A DNA stretch of 48,852 bases from Acidobacteriota bacterium (GCA_046732075.1 JBKPMI010000053.1:1-48852), one strand, 5' to 3'. Counted from the stretch's first letter, positions 27,255-39,879 are shown. The notes: generated by a model from the letters alone, not told the origin. Numbers and translations are program-made.

Positions 27255-29237
27255 TCAATCCGCCAGGCCGGCGCGGCGGAGAATGTTTTGAAAGCGGGAA
27301 TCTTCGCGGAGGGGATCGTAGAAGGGATCCACCTTCAACGTCGCGATGACGCTCGACCGGTCGCGGAAGAGCTTCTCCAGGGAGTCGAGCGCCTTCTCTT
27401 TCTCGTTCACCCCAATGTAGGCAACGGGAAGCATCGGCATCGGGTCCGCCGGTCGATCCCGGCCCCACCGTTCCAGCCTTTCGAGCGCCTGGCGGGCCTC
27501 GGCGTGCCGGCCCAGGCGTTCGTACACGCAAACTTGAGCCGCCCAGCTCCAGGTCTGGTCCGCGATGCTGCGCCACTTCTCGACCTGCGCCAGAGCCTCC
27601 GAGTACATGCCCTTCTGCAGGTACGGCCAGACCACCATGTTGGCCTTCAGGAAGCGCGGTTCCCTCTCGAGTACCGAGCGGAACTCGTCGATCGCACGAT
27701 CGGGTTGCCCCGCGAAGTACCGGATCGTGGCGTGATCGGTCGAGATGATCAGAGAGAGCGGATCGAGCCGGCTGGCGCGCTCGCTCTCGACGAGGGCTTC
27801 ACGGAACCGTCCCTGGAAGGCCAGGAACTCGGCGTACCAGTGATGGGCCGTCGAATAGTTCGGCCCCAGCTCGATGGCCCGGCGAAACTCTTTCTCGGCG
27901 GACTTCCAGTCCCAATCGAACTGCTCCCGGATGAGCGCGAGGGACGTGTGGGCTTCGGCCAGGCGGTCATCGAGGTCGAGCGCCCGGATGGCCGCCGAGC
28001 GGGCCTTCGGCATGAGCTCCATCGGCGATCCGAGGTCGTAGGTGCTCATCAGAGCGTAGGCGTCCGCCAGGCCCGAATAGGAACGCGCGTACGCGGGATC
28101 CTTTTCCGCGGCCCGCGCGAAGTAAGCCACGGCCCGTTCGAACCCGTCGGCCGTACGCAGGTTCCAGAAGTAGCGGCCCTTCAGATAGAGGTCGTAGGCT
28201 TCGTAGCCTTCAGGTGAGAGGAGCGCGGGAGCGCCGGCCCGATTGCCGGGCTCGAGCGTGAGCTGGATCTGGTCCGCCACGGCCTGCGCAATCTCTTCCT
28301 GGACCGCCACGAGGCTGCTCAACTCGCGGTCGTACTGCCGCGACCAGAGATGGGTCTGATCGCTCATCTGGATGAGCTGGGCGCTGATCCGCACGCGGTC
28401 TGCGTCGCGCCGGACACTCCCTTCCAGCACGTAATCCACGCCCAGCTCACGGCCGATCCGGTCGAGCGAGGGCCGATCCCGGTACTGCATGACCGAGGTC
28501 CGCGCGATGATCGCCAGGCGCTGGGGATCGAGGTTTCCCAATCGGCCGATCATCTCTTCGGTCAGCCCGTCGCTGAAGTAGTCCTGCGCCGGATCGCCGG
28601 TCAGGTTTGCGAAGGGAAGAACCGCCAGCATTCGCCGCCGCCGGAGGAGTCGGGCGCGGGGCTGTTGGAGATAGACCGCACCCGCGATGAGCGCGAGCGC
28701 AAGACCAAGCACGATCAGCCGGTGCCGGGACGAGGGAGATGTTGCGGGGATTCCTGGACCTTCCCCTTGCGGGCGATCTCTCGGCTGAGGCCCGGCCTCG
28801 GAGACAGGAGCCGGGGAATGGGCGATGTCGGAGGCATCCTCCTCGACGGGAGCGATGAACCGGTAGCCTTTGCCGGTGACCGTCTGGATGAAACGCGGCT
28901 TCTCCGGATCGTCCCGCAGGACCAGGCGGAGCTTCCGGATCGCGGTGTTGACACTGTTGTCCACGTCAACGAAAACTTCCGGGCCCCAGACTCTTTCGAC
29001 GATCTGCTCGCGCGTGACGAGCTCTCCCCTCCGTTCGACCAACACGAGGAGCAGTTCCATCGGGATGCGCTCGAGTTTGAGAGCGCGGCCGGAGCGCCGA
29101 AGCTCGTAGGCGCGGAAGTCGAGCTCGAAAACCCGGCCGAATCGGACGGGCCTGGGAATCCCGGCTGGATCGAGTTCCACGGGCAGTTCCCTGGAGCAGG
29201 GAGCGAAACTGTAACCCGGCTCCGGATTCGGGCGCAA
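27255..29237 (-). CDS. membrane-anchored CadC/ToxR-like transcriptional regulator (winged helix + TM + TPR), copy 2
   Basis: 660-aa ORF collinear with 23242..25248 and similar along its whole length, with the same winged helix, single TM helix, LAVLPFANLTGDP...YFSDGLTEEMIGRLG region and TPR region. Confidence 0.85.
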   Translation of the reverse strand: MRPNPEPGYSFAPCSRELPVELDPAGIPRPVRFGRVFELDFRAYELRRSGRALKLERIPMELLLVLVERRGELVTREQIVERVWGPEVFVDVDNSVNTAIRKLRLVLRDDPEKPRFIQTVTGKGYRFIAPVEEDASDIAHSPAPVSEAGPQPRDRPQGEGPGIPATSPSSRHRLIVLGLALALIAGAVYLQQPRARLLRRRRMLAVLPFANLTGDPAQDYFSDGLTEEMIGRLGNLDPQRLAIIARTSVMQYRDRPSLDRIGRELGVDYVLEGSVRRDADRVRISAQLIQMSDQTHLWSRQYDRELSSLVAVQEEIAQAVADQIQLTLEPGNRAGAPALLSPEGYEAYDLYLKGRYFWNLRTADGFERAVAYFARAAEKDPAYARSYSGLADAYALMSTYDLGSPMELMPKARSAAIRALDLDDRLAEAHTSLALIREQFDWDWKSAEKEFRRAIELGPNYSTAHHWYAEFLAFQGRFREALVESERASRLDPLSLIISTDHATIRYFAGQPDRAIDEFRSVLEREPRFLKANMVVWPYLQKGMYSEALAQVEKWRSIADQTWSWAAQVCVYERLGRHAEARQALERLERWGRDRPADPMPMLPVAYIGVNEKEKALDSLEKLFRDRSSVIATLKVDPFYDPLREDSRFQNILRRAGLAD

Positions 29238-29351
29238 ATCCCCTGACCGGTAGCGGTTAGGCCTTCAGGAAAGCTCCAGCCACCCTACAGACCGCGTCCA
29301 TTGCCGCGGTTCCGCGCCGGCGGCAGGGTGCCCGCCGAAAGGAGCACTCGC

Positions 29352-30965
29352 ATGGACACGGGAGGTTGGGTGAAACCGGGTCGGCTCGCTTTGGGTCTCT
29401 TCCTCGGTGCGGCCGGGCTCCACGCCCAGGCCGACGTCCCTCTTTCGAACTGGACGGTGCCCCCATATGCAGCCTCCTCCGCGGGCGGCATCACCACGAT
29501 GACCGACGTCACGCAGGGAATCGGGTTCGTCGGGATCACACCCTGCCGGGCCGCCGATACGCGCGGCAACGGCGCCCCGATCCAGGGGGGCATCTTTCCC
29601 GACAGCGGTCTGCGGACGTGGGACCTGACCGGGATCTGCGGCATTCCCGCGGGTGCCGATGCGGTCTCGGTCAATTTCACGGTCGTTCCAACCGTGGCGG
29701 CGCCCTCCGGGGCGTTCCTTCTGGCGTGGCCGACCGGCCAGGCGCCCCCGCCCACCGCGATCATGACTTACGGGCCGGGCCAGACGATCATCTCGAACGC
29801 GGCGATCGTGCCTCTCGGCGCCGGCGAGCAGATGCAGGTCAACGTCAGCCACTCGACTCACGTCATCATGGACGTCAACGGATACTTCACGGACGCCTAC
29901 AACCCCGGGGTCCGTTTTACAGCAACCATCTCGGGGGTGGGAGGGGCGGTCCAAGGGAGAAACGTCGCGACTCTGGCGGGTGCATACGGGGTCGAGGGCA
30001 GCATTTCAACGACAACCTCGGCAAACAGCTCTGCCGGGGTGCGCGGCATCAACGACGGGACGGGAGCCGCCGGAATCGGAGTCTGGGGATCCCAGGCCGG
30101 CAGCGGCTGGGGCGTCTTCGGCGAAGCGCCGACGGGCTTCGGCGTCGTCGGGAGAGTCGCAACGGACATCGCCAACAGGGCCGGAGTGCTGGGACAGTCG
30201 GGATTCGTCACTCCGGCTGGCAGCTACTCGACGGCGGGCGTTCGTGGCGAAGGGAGAGCCGGCGTGCTCGGGGTCAGCGGAAACTTCCTGGGCGGAGGTG
30301 AAGCAGTCGTCGGGTCTCTGGTCGACGGCTTCGGCGCCGAGATCCGATACGGTTCACTCGCAACCAGTTTCGGAGTCAATCCCTCGGGCGGCAGTGCTCC
30401 CTGGGCGGTCTTCGGGGGCGGAGACATCGGCGCGACCGGGACGAAACACTTCCTCGACCCGCATCCGACCGACGCGGCCAAGGAAATCGCCTATATCTCG
30501 CTCGAAGGGCCGGAGGCCGGGACGTATTTCCGCGGGCGCTCCAAGTTCCAGAACGGCATGGCGCGGATTCCCGTGCCCGACCATTTCCGTTTCGTGACGG
30601 ATCCGGAGGGTCTGACCGTGCAGATCACGCCAATTGGGGCGATGGCGAGCGTCGCCGTCCTGAAGATGGACTTGAACGAGATCGTCGTCCAGGCTTCCCG
30701 CAACGTGGAGTTCTCCTACCTGGTTCAGGGAGTTCGCTCCACGTTCAAGGACCTTTCCCCGATCCGGGAAAGCGGCGACTTCATGCCCCGGTTCGCCGAC
30801 GCGAAGATGCCGGGGTGGTTGAGTCCCGCTCAAAAGCGCCTGCTCATCCAGAACGGGACCTACCGGGAGGACGGCACGGTCAATTCGGAGACCGCGCAAC
30901 GTCTGGGTTGGGACAAGGTCTGGGAGCAGCGCTCCCGACCCGCGCCGCAAGCCTCCCAGCCCTAA
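29352..30965 (+). CDS. secreted tripartite paralog 7 (type-B C-module)
   Basis: ATG at 29352 follows GAAAGGAG, giving MDTGGWVKPGRLALGLFLGAAGLHAQAD. It has N-module NWTVPPYAASS...TPCRAADTRGNGAPIQGGIF and C-module KHFLDPHPTDAAKEIAYISLEGPEAGTYFRGRSKF. Confidence 0.9.
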   Translation: MDTGGWVKPGRLALGLFLGAAGLHAQADVPLSNWTVPPYAASSAGGITTMTDVTQGIGFVGITPCRAADTRGNGAPIQGGIFPDSGLRTWDLTGICGIPAGADAVSVNFTVVPTVAAPSGAFLLAWPTGQAPPPTAIMTYGPGQTIISNAAIVPLGAGEQMQVNVSHSTHVIMDVNGYFTDAYNPGVRFTATISGVGGAVQGRNVATLAGAYGVEGSISTTTSANSSAGVRGINDGTGAAGIGVWGSQAGSGWGVFGEAPTGFGVVGRVATDIANRAGVLGQSGFVTPAGSYSTAGVRGEGRAGVLGVSGNFLGGGEAVVGSLVDGFGAEIRYGSLATSFGVNPSGGSAPWAVFGGGDIGATGTKHFLDPHPTDAAKEIAYISLEGPEAGTYFRGRSKFQNGMARIPVPDHFRFVTDPEGLTVQITPIGAMASVAVLKMDLNEIVVQASRNVEFSYLVQGVRSTFKDLSPIRESGDFMPRFADAKMPGWLSPAQKRLLIQNGTYREDGTVNSETAQRLGWDKVWEQRSRPAPQASQP

Positions 30966-30987
30966 ACATCCCCCGGGCAACCGGAAA

Positions 30988-31022
30988 GAAAAAGCCCCGG
31001 CTCGCGCCGGGGCTTTGATTTC
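30988..31022. terminator. bidirectional rho-independent terminator (hairpin family 1), shared by paralog 7 and groEL
   Basis: GAAAAA-GCCCCGGC-TCGC-GCCGGGGC-TTTGATTT. There are T-runs after the hairpin on both strands (minus strand reads ...GGGGCTTTTTCTTTCC). Confidence 0.8.
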
Positions 31023-31045
31023 GAACCAGTGCAGGGAAGGGAGGA

Positions 31046-32710
<1,665 letters not shown>

Positions 32711-33001
32711 TTACTTCTCGACGACCGCGAGAACCTCGTCCTCACGCAGGATCAGGTGCTCTTCGTCGTCGATCTTGATTTCGGTGCCGGCGTACTTGCC
32801 GATGAGGATGCGGTCGCCCTTCTTGACGTCGAGCGGGAACTGCTTGCCGTCCTCGTTGATCTTTCCCTTTCCGACGGCGACGACCTCGGCCTCCATCGGC
32901 TTCTCTTTCGCGGTGTCGGGGATGATGATGCCCCCCTTGCGCGACTCCTTTTCCTCGACCCTCTTGACCAGAATCCGGTCGTAAAGCGGACGAATCTTCA
33001 T
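32711..33001 (-). CDS. groES: co-chaperonin GroES
   Basis: 96-aa [38 protein letters not shown]..., located 21 nt upstream of groEL. Confidence 0.97.
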   Translation of the reverse strand: MKIRPLYDRILVKRVEEKESRKGGIIIPDTAKEKPMEAEVVAVGKGKINEDGKQFPLDVKKGDRILIGKYAGTEIKIDDEEHLILREDEVLAVVEK

Positions 33002-33073
33002 TCCTACTCCTCCTGTCAGGTTCTTCGGATTGCCCCGGAACCCATCTCCGTGACGGGCGAGGCGAGTTGGATA

Positions 33074-33100
33074 TTAGCACTCCTCCTCGACGAGTGCTAG
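33074..33100 (-). promoter_or_regulatory. CIRCE operator (HrcA binding site) upstream of groES
   Basis: TTAGCACTC-CTCCTCGAC-GAGTGCTAG matches the consensus TTAGCACTC-N9-GAGTGCTAA at 17 of 18 arm positions. It lies about 73 nt upstream of the groES start. On the minus strand a TAATAT -10-like hexamer overlaps one arm (33071-33076). Confidence 0.85.
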
Positions 33101-33144
33101 CAGCCGGCGCCGGTTCTCGCCGAATGTCCCCGGGACTATAGAAA

Positions 33145-36082
<2,938 letters not shown>

Positions 36083-36129
36083 CGTTCGCGCTCGGTGACG
36101 TTCGTCACACTTCTCCGCGAAATCGTGCG

Positions 36130-36158
36130 TTGATTCGAGCCTTCCCGAGGTTTACGAT
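36130..36158 (+). promoter_or_regulatory. sigma70-like promoter candidate for paralog 8
   Basis: TTGATT (36130-36135), a 17-nt spacer, then TACGAT (36153-36158). It sits 7 nt upstream of where similarity to the paralog-9 leader begins. An equivalently placed TTGCGT-N17-TAGCAT precedes paralog 9. Confidence 0.45.
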
Positions 36159-36165
36159 CGGCCCA

Positions 36166-36361
36166 ATTCCGGCGGCCTGCGGACCTTGGAGGAGGAGGCG
36201 GCCATCGATTCCGTGGCAAGTGGTGTACGGGATGCGGTCTTAACCGCAATGGCGCACCCCTGTTCACCCCCACACACAACCGGATCGAAAGGAGGCGGGA
36301 AACCCAGACTTTCGTCGCTCGTCGTCAGAAGCCTTCGAAAGCCTTAAAGGAGGGAATCGAA
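36166..36361 (+). ncRNA. conserved long 5' leader of paralog 8 (candidate cis-regulatory RNA)
   Basis: The first ~65 nt (ATTCCGGCGGCCTGCGGACC...GGAGGAGGCGGCCATCGATTCCGT.GCAA.TGGTGTAC) are nearly identical to 38138 onward. A hairpin lies at 36233-36248, and a second conserved box CAACCGGATCGAAAGGAGGCGGGA lies at 36277-36300. A 1-nt indel and non-codon-like substitutions argue against coding. Confidence 0.45.
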
Positions 36362-37945
36362 ATGAAGTTCTCGAAACAACTCGGTTTCGGAATCACTCTC
36401 CTGCTTCTCGCCTCCGGTTTCGGCCTTGCCCAGAACATTCCCCTGAACAACTGGACCGTTCCGCCCTACGCGCAGTCGTCGCACAGCGGCGGCATCACGA
36501 CTATGACCGACGTGACGTCTCCCCGGGCATTCGTCGGCGTTCAGCCCTGCCGCGTCGCCGATACCCGTGGAAATGGCGCGCCCATCCAGGGCGGGATCTT
36601 CCCCAACAGCGGCCTGCGCACATGGGACGTCACCGGCATCTGCGGGATCCCCGCCGGCGCCGATGCGATCTCGGTGAACTTCACCGTCGTTGCGGCCGCC
36701 GGAATCCCGGCCGGCTCGTTCCTGCTGGCCTGGCCGACTGGCCAGGCGCCCCCGCCCACCGCGATCATGACTTATGGGCCGGGTCAGGTCATTTCGAACG
36801 CGGCGATCGTGCCGCTCGGCCCGGGTGAGCAGCTGAACGTCAACGTCAGCGGAAGCACCCACGTGATCATGGACGTCAACGGCTATTTCTCCGACAGGCT
36901 GCAGGATCCGACCCACTTTCTGGAGATTGACAACAACTCCACCGGGTACACGATTCGTATCGACAACGCATCCACATCCTGCAACGGCGCCTGCGGGCTG
37001 AGAGCGACCACGGCGAGCGGCTGGGCCGTCTCGGGTTACTCTCCGACTGACGTCGGTGTGAGGGGCGATTCAGACAGCTATAACGGCGTGTGGGCGCAGG
37101 CGACGAACTGGGACGCGCTCGCGGCCTTCGGCGGGCGAGACGGCGGCTATCTCCAGGGCGCGCGGCACGGGGCCATCGGCACGTCGACCAATACAACCGA
37201 TGCCGTATACGGCGTCATCGGAAGCGGTGTCTCCGCCAACGTCTTTTCGGCAGGCGTCTCCGGTCAGGTCAACCACGCGGCCGCGAATGCGGCTCGGTTC
37301 ATCAACAGCGGTCTTTCCAACGCGGACGTCTATGTCGGGACCAATTCCGGCGGCGTCGAATATGGTGTCCTGGCGCCCAACCTCAGGCTCCAAGCCGGTT
37401 CGCTCGTCATCACGGGGGCCACGAAGAACTTCGCGGCGCCTCACCCCGAAGACCCTTCGAAGGAGATCAAGTACGCCTCCGTTGAAGCTCCGACGGTGGA
37501 CGTCTATTTCCGGGGAACCGCGGAGCTCGTCAACGGAATCGCGCGGATCGCGATCCCGGATCACTTTCGTTTCACGGCGCGGGAAGGGACCTACATGACG
37601 ACGCTGACGCCAGTCGGTCGATCGGTTACCCTGAGCGTCGATCAGGAAGGTCCTGACGGAATCGTTGTTCGCGGCTCAGGAACCACTCGATTCCACTATG
37701 TCGTTTTCGCCGAGCGTGCCGAAATAGAAGGCTTCGAGCCCGTCCAGCGAAACGAAAGCTTCACTCCCGAAATGCTCGAAAGAGGTGGCGGTCCTCAGCA
37801 CCTTCCGGCACCGACGAGAGCACTTCTCGTGCGGAACGGGACCCTGAATCCCGACGGCACGTATAACCTCGAAACGGCGCGCGCCCTGGGCTGGACGATT
37901 CCCGAGCGTCCGACAGTGGCTCCGGCGCCCATTCCGAACCCCTGA
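36362..37945 (+). CDS. secreted tripartite paralog 8 (type-A C-module)
   Basis: ATG follows AAAGGAGGG. The signal peptide is MKFSKQLGFGITLLLLASGFGLAQN. It has N-module NWTVPPYAQSSHSGGITTMTD...QPCRVADTRGNGAPIQGGIF. The C-module KNFAAPHPEDPSKEIKYASVEAPTVDVYFRGTAELVNG...REGTYMTTLTPVG is closest to paralog 1. Confidence 0.9.
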   Translation: MKFSKQLGFGITLLLLASGFGLAQNIPLNNWTVPPYAQSSHSGGITTMTDVTSPRAFVGVQPCRVADTRGNGAPIQGGIFPNSGLRTWDVTGICGIPAGADAISVNFTVVAAAGIPAGSFLLAWPTGQAPPPTAIMTYGPGQVISNAAIVPLGPGEQLNVNVSGSTHVIMDVNGYFSDRLQDPTHFLEIDNNSTGYTIRIDNASTSCNGACGLRATTASGWAVSGYSPTDVGVRGDSDSYNGVWAQATNWDALAAFGGRDGGYLQGARHGAIGTSTNTTDAVYGVIGSGVSANVFSAGVSGQVNHAAANAARFINSGLSNADVYVGTNSGGVEYGVLAPNLRLQAGSLVITGATKNFAAPHPEDPSKEIKYASVEAPTVDVYFRGTAELVNGIARIAIPDHFRFTAREGTYMTTLTPVGRSVTLSVDQEGPDGIVVRGSGTTRFHYVVFAERAEIEGFEPVQRNESFTPEMLERGGGPQHLPAPTRALLVRNGTLNPDGTYNLETARALGWTIPERPTVAPAPIPNP

Positions 37946-37968
37946 TCTTCTCTTGACGACTCGGTTTG

Positions 37969-37997
37969 GGCCGCGGCGACGCCGCGGCCTTTTTTTT
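37969..37997 (+). terminator. rho-independent terminator (hairpin family 2)
   Basis: GGCCGCGGC-GAC-GCCGCGGCC followed by TTTTTTTT. Confidence 0.85.
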
Positions 37998-38102
37998 GGC
38001 GAGCCGAAGATCTTCCAGCCGCGGCGTTCGTCTCGGCTTCGCCCGGAATTTACAGAACGCCTGTGATACCAGTCACAGCGCCTTCTCACACCTTGGAATT
38101 CG

Positions 38103-38131
38103 TTGCGTTTGCACCAGGCCGGCGCTAGCAT
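38103..38131 (+). promoter_or_regulatory. sigma70-like promoter candidate for paralog 9
   Basis: TTGCGT (38103-38108), a 17-nt spacer, then TAGCAT (38126-38131). The conserved leader begins 7 nt downstream, the same geometry as at 36130-36166. Confidence 0.45.
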
Positions 38132-38137
38132 TTCTCC

Positions 38138-38328
38138 ATTCCGGCGGCCTGCGGACCTGGGGGAGGAGGCGGCCATCGATTCCGTCGCAACTGGTGTACC
38201 GGGCGCGGTCTTGCCCGCGGGGGCGGCAGCTTGCTCTATCCCTGACATTTCAACCGGATCGAAAGGAGGCGGGACACGACAATTGCTCTCGCGGTAAGAA
38301 CTTGGAGAGGTCTAAAGGAGGTACTCGG
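38138..38328 (+). ncRNA. conserved long 5' leader of paralog 9 (candidate cis-regulatory RNA)
   Basis: Homologous to 36166-36361. It has a hairpin CGCGG-TCTTGC-CCGCG at 38204-38219 and the conserved box CAACCGGATCGAAAGGAGGCGGGA at 38251-38274. Confidence 0.45.
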
Positions 38329-39879
38329 ATGAAGTCTCCCAAATGGATCGGATTCGGGATCGTTCTGCTGCTTCTCGTCTCAGGCGTCCTCGTCGCTCAG
38401 GACATACCGCTCAACAACTGGACCGTTCCGCCTTACACGCAGTCGTCGCACAGCGGCGGCATCACGACGATGACCGACGTCACAACCGCTCATCCGTTCG
38501 TCGGCGTTGCGCCCTGCCGCGTCGCCGATACCCGTGGCAATGGCGCTCCGATCCAAGGCGGCATTTTTGCCAACAGCGCCGAGCGCACGTGGGATCTCAC
38601 CGGAATCTGCGGAATTCCCGCGGGCGCGGAGGCGATCTCGGTGAACTTCACCGTCGTCGCCGCGGCCGGGATCCCGGCCGGCTCCTTCCTGCTCTCCTGG
38701 CCCACCGGAGGATCACCCCCGCCGACGGCGATCATGACCTACGGCCCGAACCAGGTTCTCTCGAACGCGGCGATCATCGTGCTCGGCCCGGGCGAGCAGG
38801 TCGAGATCAACGTCAGCGGAAGCACGCACATCATCATGGACGTCAACGGCTATTGGGCTCCGATCGCGGCTGCCGCGAACAACGCCCTCGTCTGGGAGAC
38901 GAGCAATACGGGCACGTTCGGAGCGGCGCGGATCCGCAACCTCGGAACTGGCCCGAACGTGCACGGCGTGACGGCGTTCACGGACTCGGTCGGCGCGGGT
39001 TCCGCCGGTCTGTTCGGACAAGCGACGGCGACGACGGCCACCGAAGTCTACGGGGTTCGGGGCCTCTCAGCCAGCAGCGGCGGGGACACGGCCGGCGTTT
39101 TCGGAGTCGCAGATTTCCGACCCGACGACAACTCTACTTGGAGCAAGGCCGGCGTCCGAGGGGAGAGCGCCGAGGGCTTTGGAGTGTTCGGCATCAGCGA
39201 GTACAGCGCGGTGCGGGGTCTCCTGACCGCGAATACAACCGGTGTCGGCCTCGCCAACGGCTACCTCGGTAACTCCTTCGGCGTCGACCCGAGTGGCGGC
39301 GGTGCCCCATGGGCGGTGTTCGGGCTCGGGGACATCGGGGCGAGCGGGACGAAGTTCTTCGTGGAACCCCACCCCACCGACGCCTCGCTCGTAATCAAAT
39401 ACGCCACGCTCGAAGGGCCCGAGGTGGGGACCTATTTCCGCGGCCGTGCGAAGTTCGATCGTGGCACGGCGACGATCTCCGTGCCCGAAACTTTCCGGAT
39501 GGTGACTTCCGAGGAAGGGCTGAGCATCCAGGTGACACCGATCGGGGAAATGGCCACGGTTGCGGTCGTGCAGCTCAGCCTCGACAAGATCGTCGTCAAG
39601 GGATCTCGCAACGTGGAGTTCTTCTACACGGTCAACGGCGTCCGCCGGGGCTTCGAGCAGATGCAGGTTCTCGCGCACGACTTCATGTTCGTGCCCGATT
39701 CGAAGGACGCGCCGATTCCGGCATGGTTGAGTTCCCATGAGAGACAGAGTCTCATCTCAAACGGAACGTACACGCCCGATGGCAAGGTCAACGCAGAGAC
39801 CGCGCAGCGCCTCGGATGGGATCGGATCTGGGAAGCTCGGGCTCATCCGCAACCTCGCCCGGAACCCAGCACGCCCTGA
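38329..39879 (+). CDS. secreted tripartite paralog 9 (type-B C-module)
   Basis: ATG at 38329 follows AAAGGAGG and lies in frame within the 37966..39879 ORF, giving MKSPKWIGFGIVLLLLVSGVLVAQD. It has N-module NWTVPPYTQSSHSGGITTMTD...APCRVADTRGNGAPIQGGIF and C-module KFFVEPHPTDASLVIKYATLEGPEVGTYFRGRAKFDRG. Confidence 0.9.
   Translation: MKSPKWIGFGIVLLLLVSGVLVAQDIPLNNWTVPPYTQSSHSGGITTMTDVTTAHPFVGVAPCRVADTRGNGAPIQGGIFANSAERTWDLTGICGIPAGAEAISVNFTVVAAAGIPAGSFLLSWPTGGSPPPTAIMTYGPNQVLSNAAIIVLGPGEQVEINVSGSTHIIMDVNGYWAPIAAAANNALVWETSNTGTFGAARIRNLGTGPNVHGVTAFTDSVGAGSAGLFGQATATTATEVYGVRGLSASSGGDTAGVFGVADFRPDDNSTWSKAGVRGESAEGFGVFGISEYSAVRGLLTANTTGVGLANGYLGNSFGVDPSGGGAPWAVFGLGDIGASGTKFFVEPHPTDASLVIKYATLEGPEVGTYFRGRAKFDRGTATISVPETFRMVTSEEGLSIQVTPIGEMATVAVVQLSLDKIVVKGSRNVEFFYTVNGVRRGFEQMQVLAHDFMFVPDSKDAPIPAWLSSHERQSLISNGTYTPDGKVNAETAQRLGWDRIWEARAHPQPRPEPSTP

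Noticed and set aside
23199-31013. Identical 20-nt GC-rich palindromes are repeated three times about 3.9 kb apart, which could suggest CRISPR or REP repeats.
   Set aside because: The spacing is gene-sized. Each copy sits right after a stop codon and is followed by a T-run, so they are intrinsic terminators duplicated with their genes. No cas genes or short spacers are present.
36541-36768. A conserved antisense peptide (MIAVGG.AWPVGQASR..P.G.P...TTVKFTE.A....GIPQ.P...) appears opposite every fibre N-module. It is seen at 16983..17348, 18566..18868, 20091..20486, 25526..25828, 29285..29764, 36541..36768 and 38490..38735, and on the plus strand at 6502 onward.
   Set aside because: Its conservation mirrors the strongly conserved sense-strand module. 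The sense frame has the signal peptide, ribosome-binding sites, and synonymous-site variation consistent with selection on the sense reading. The antisense ORFs lack ribosome-binding sites and have variable ends.
38103-38297. A 64-aa ORF lies inside the paralog-9 leader, raising the possibility of a leader peptide.
   Set aside because: The homologous leader of paralog 8 has no equivalent ORF. A 1-nt indel between the copies shifts the frame, and the substitutions are not codon-patterned.
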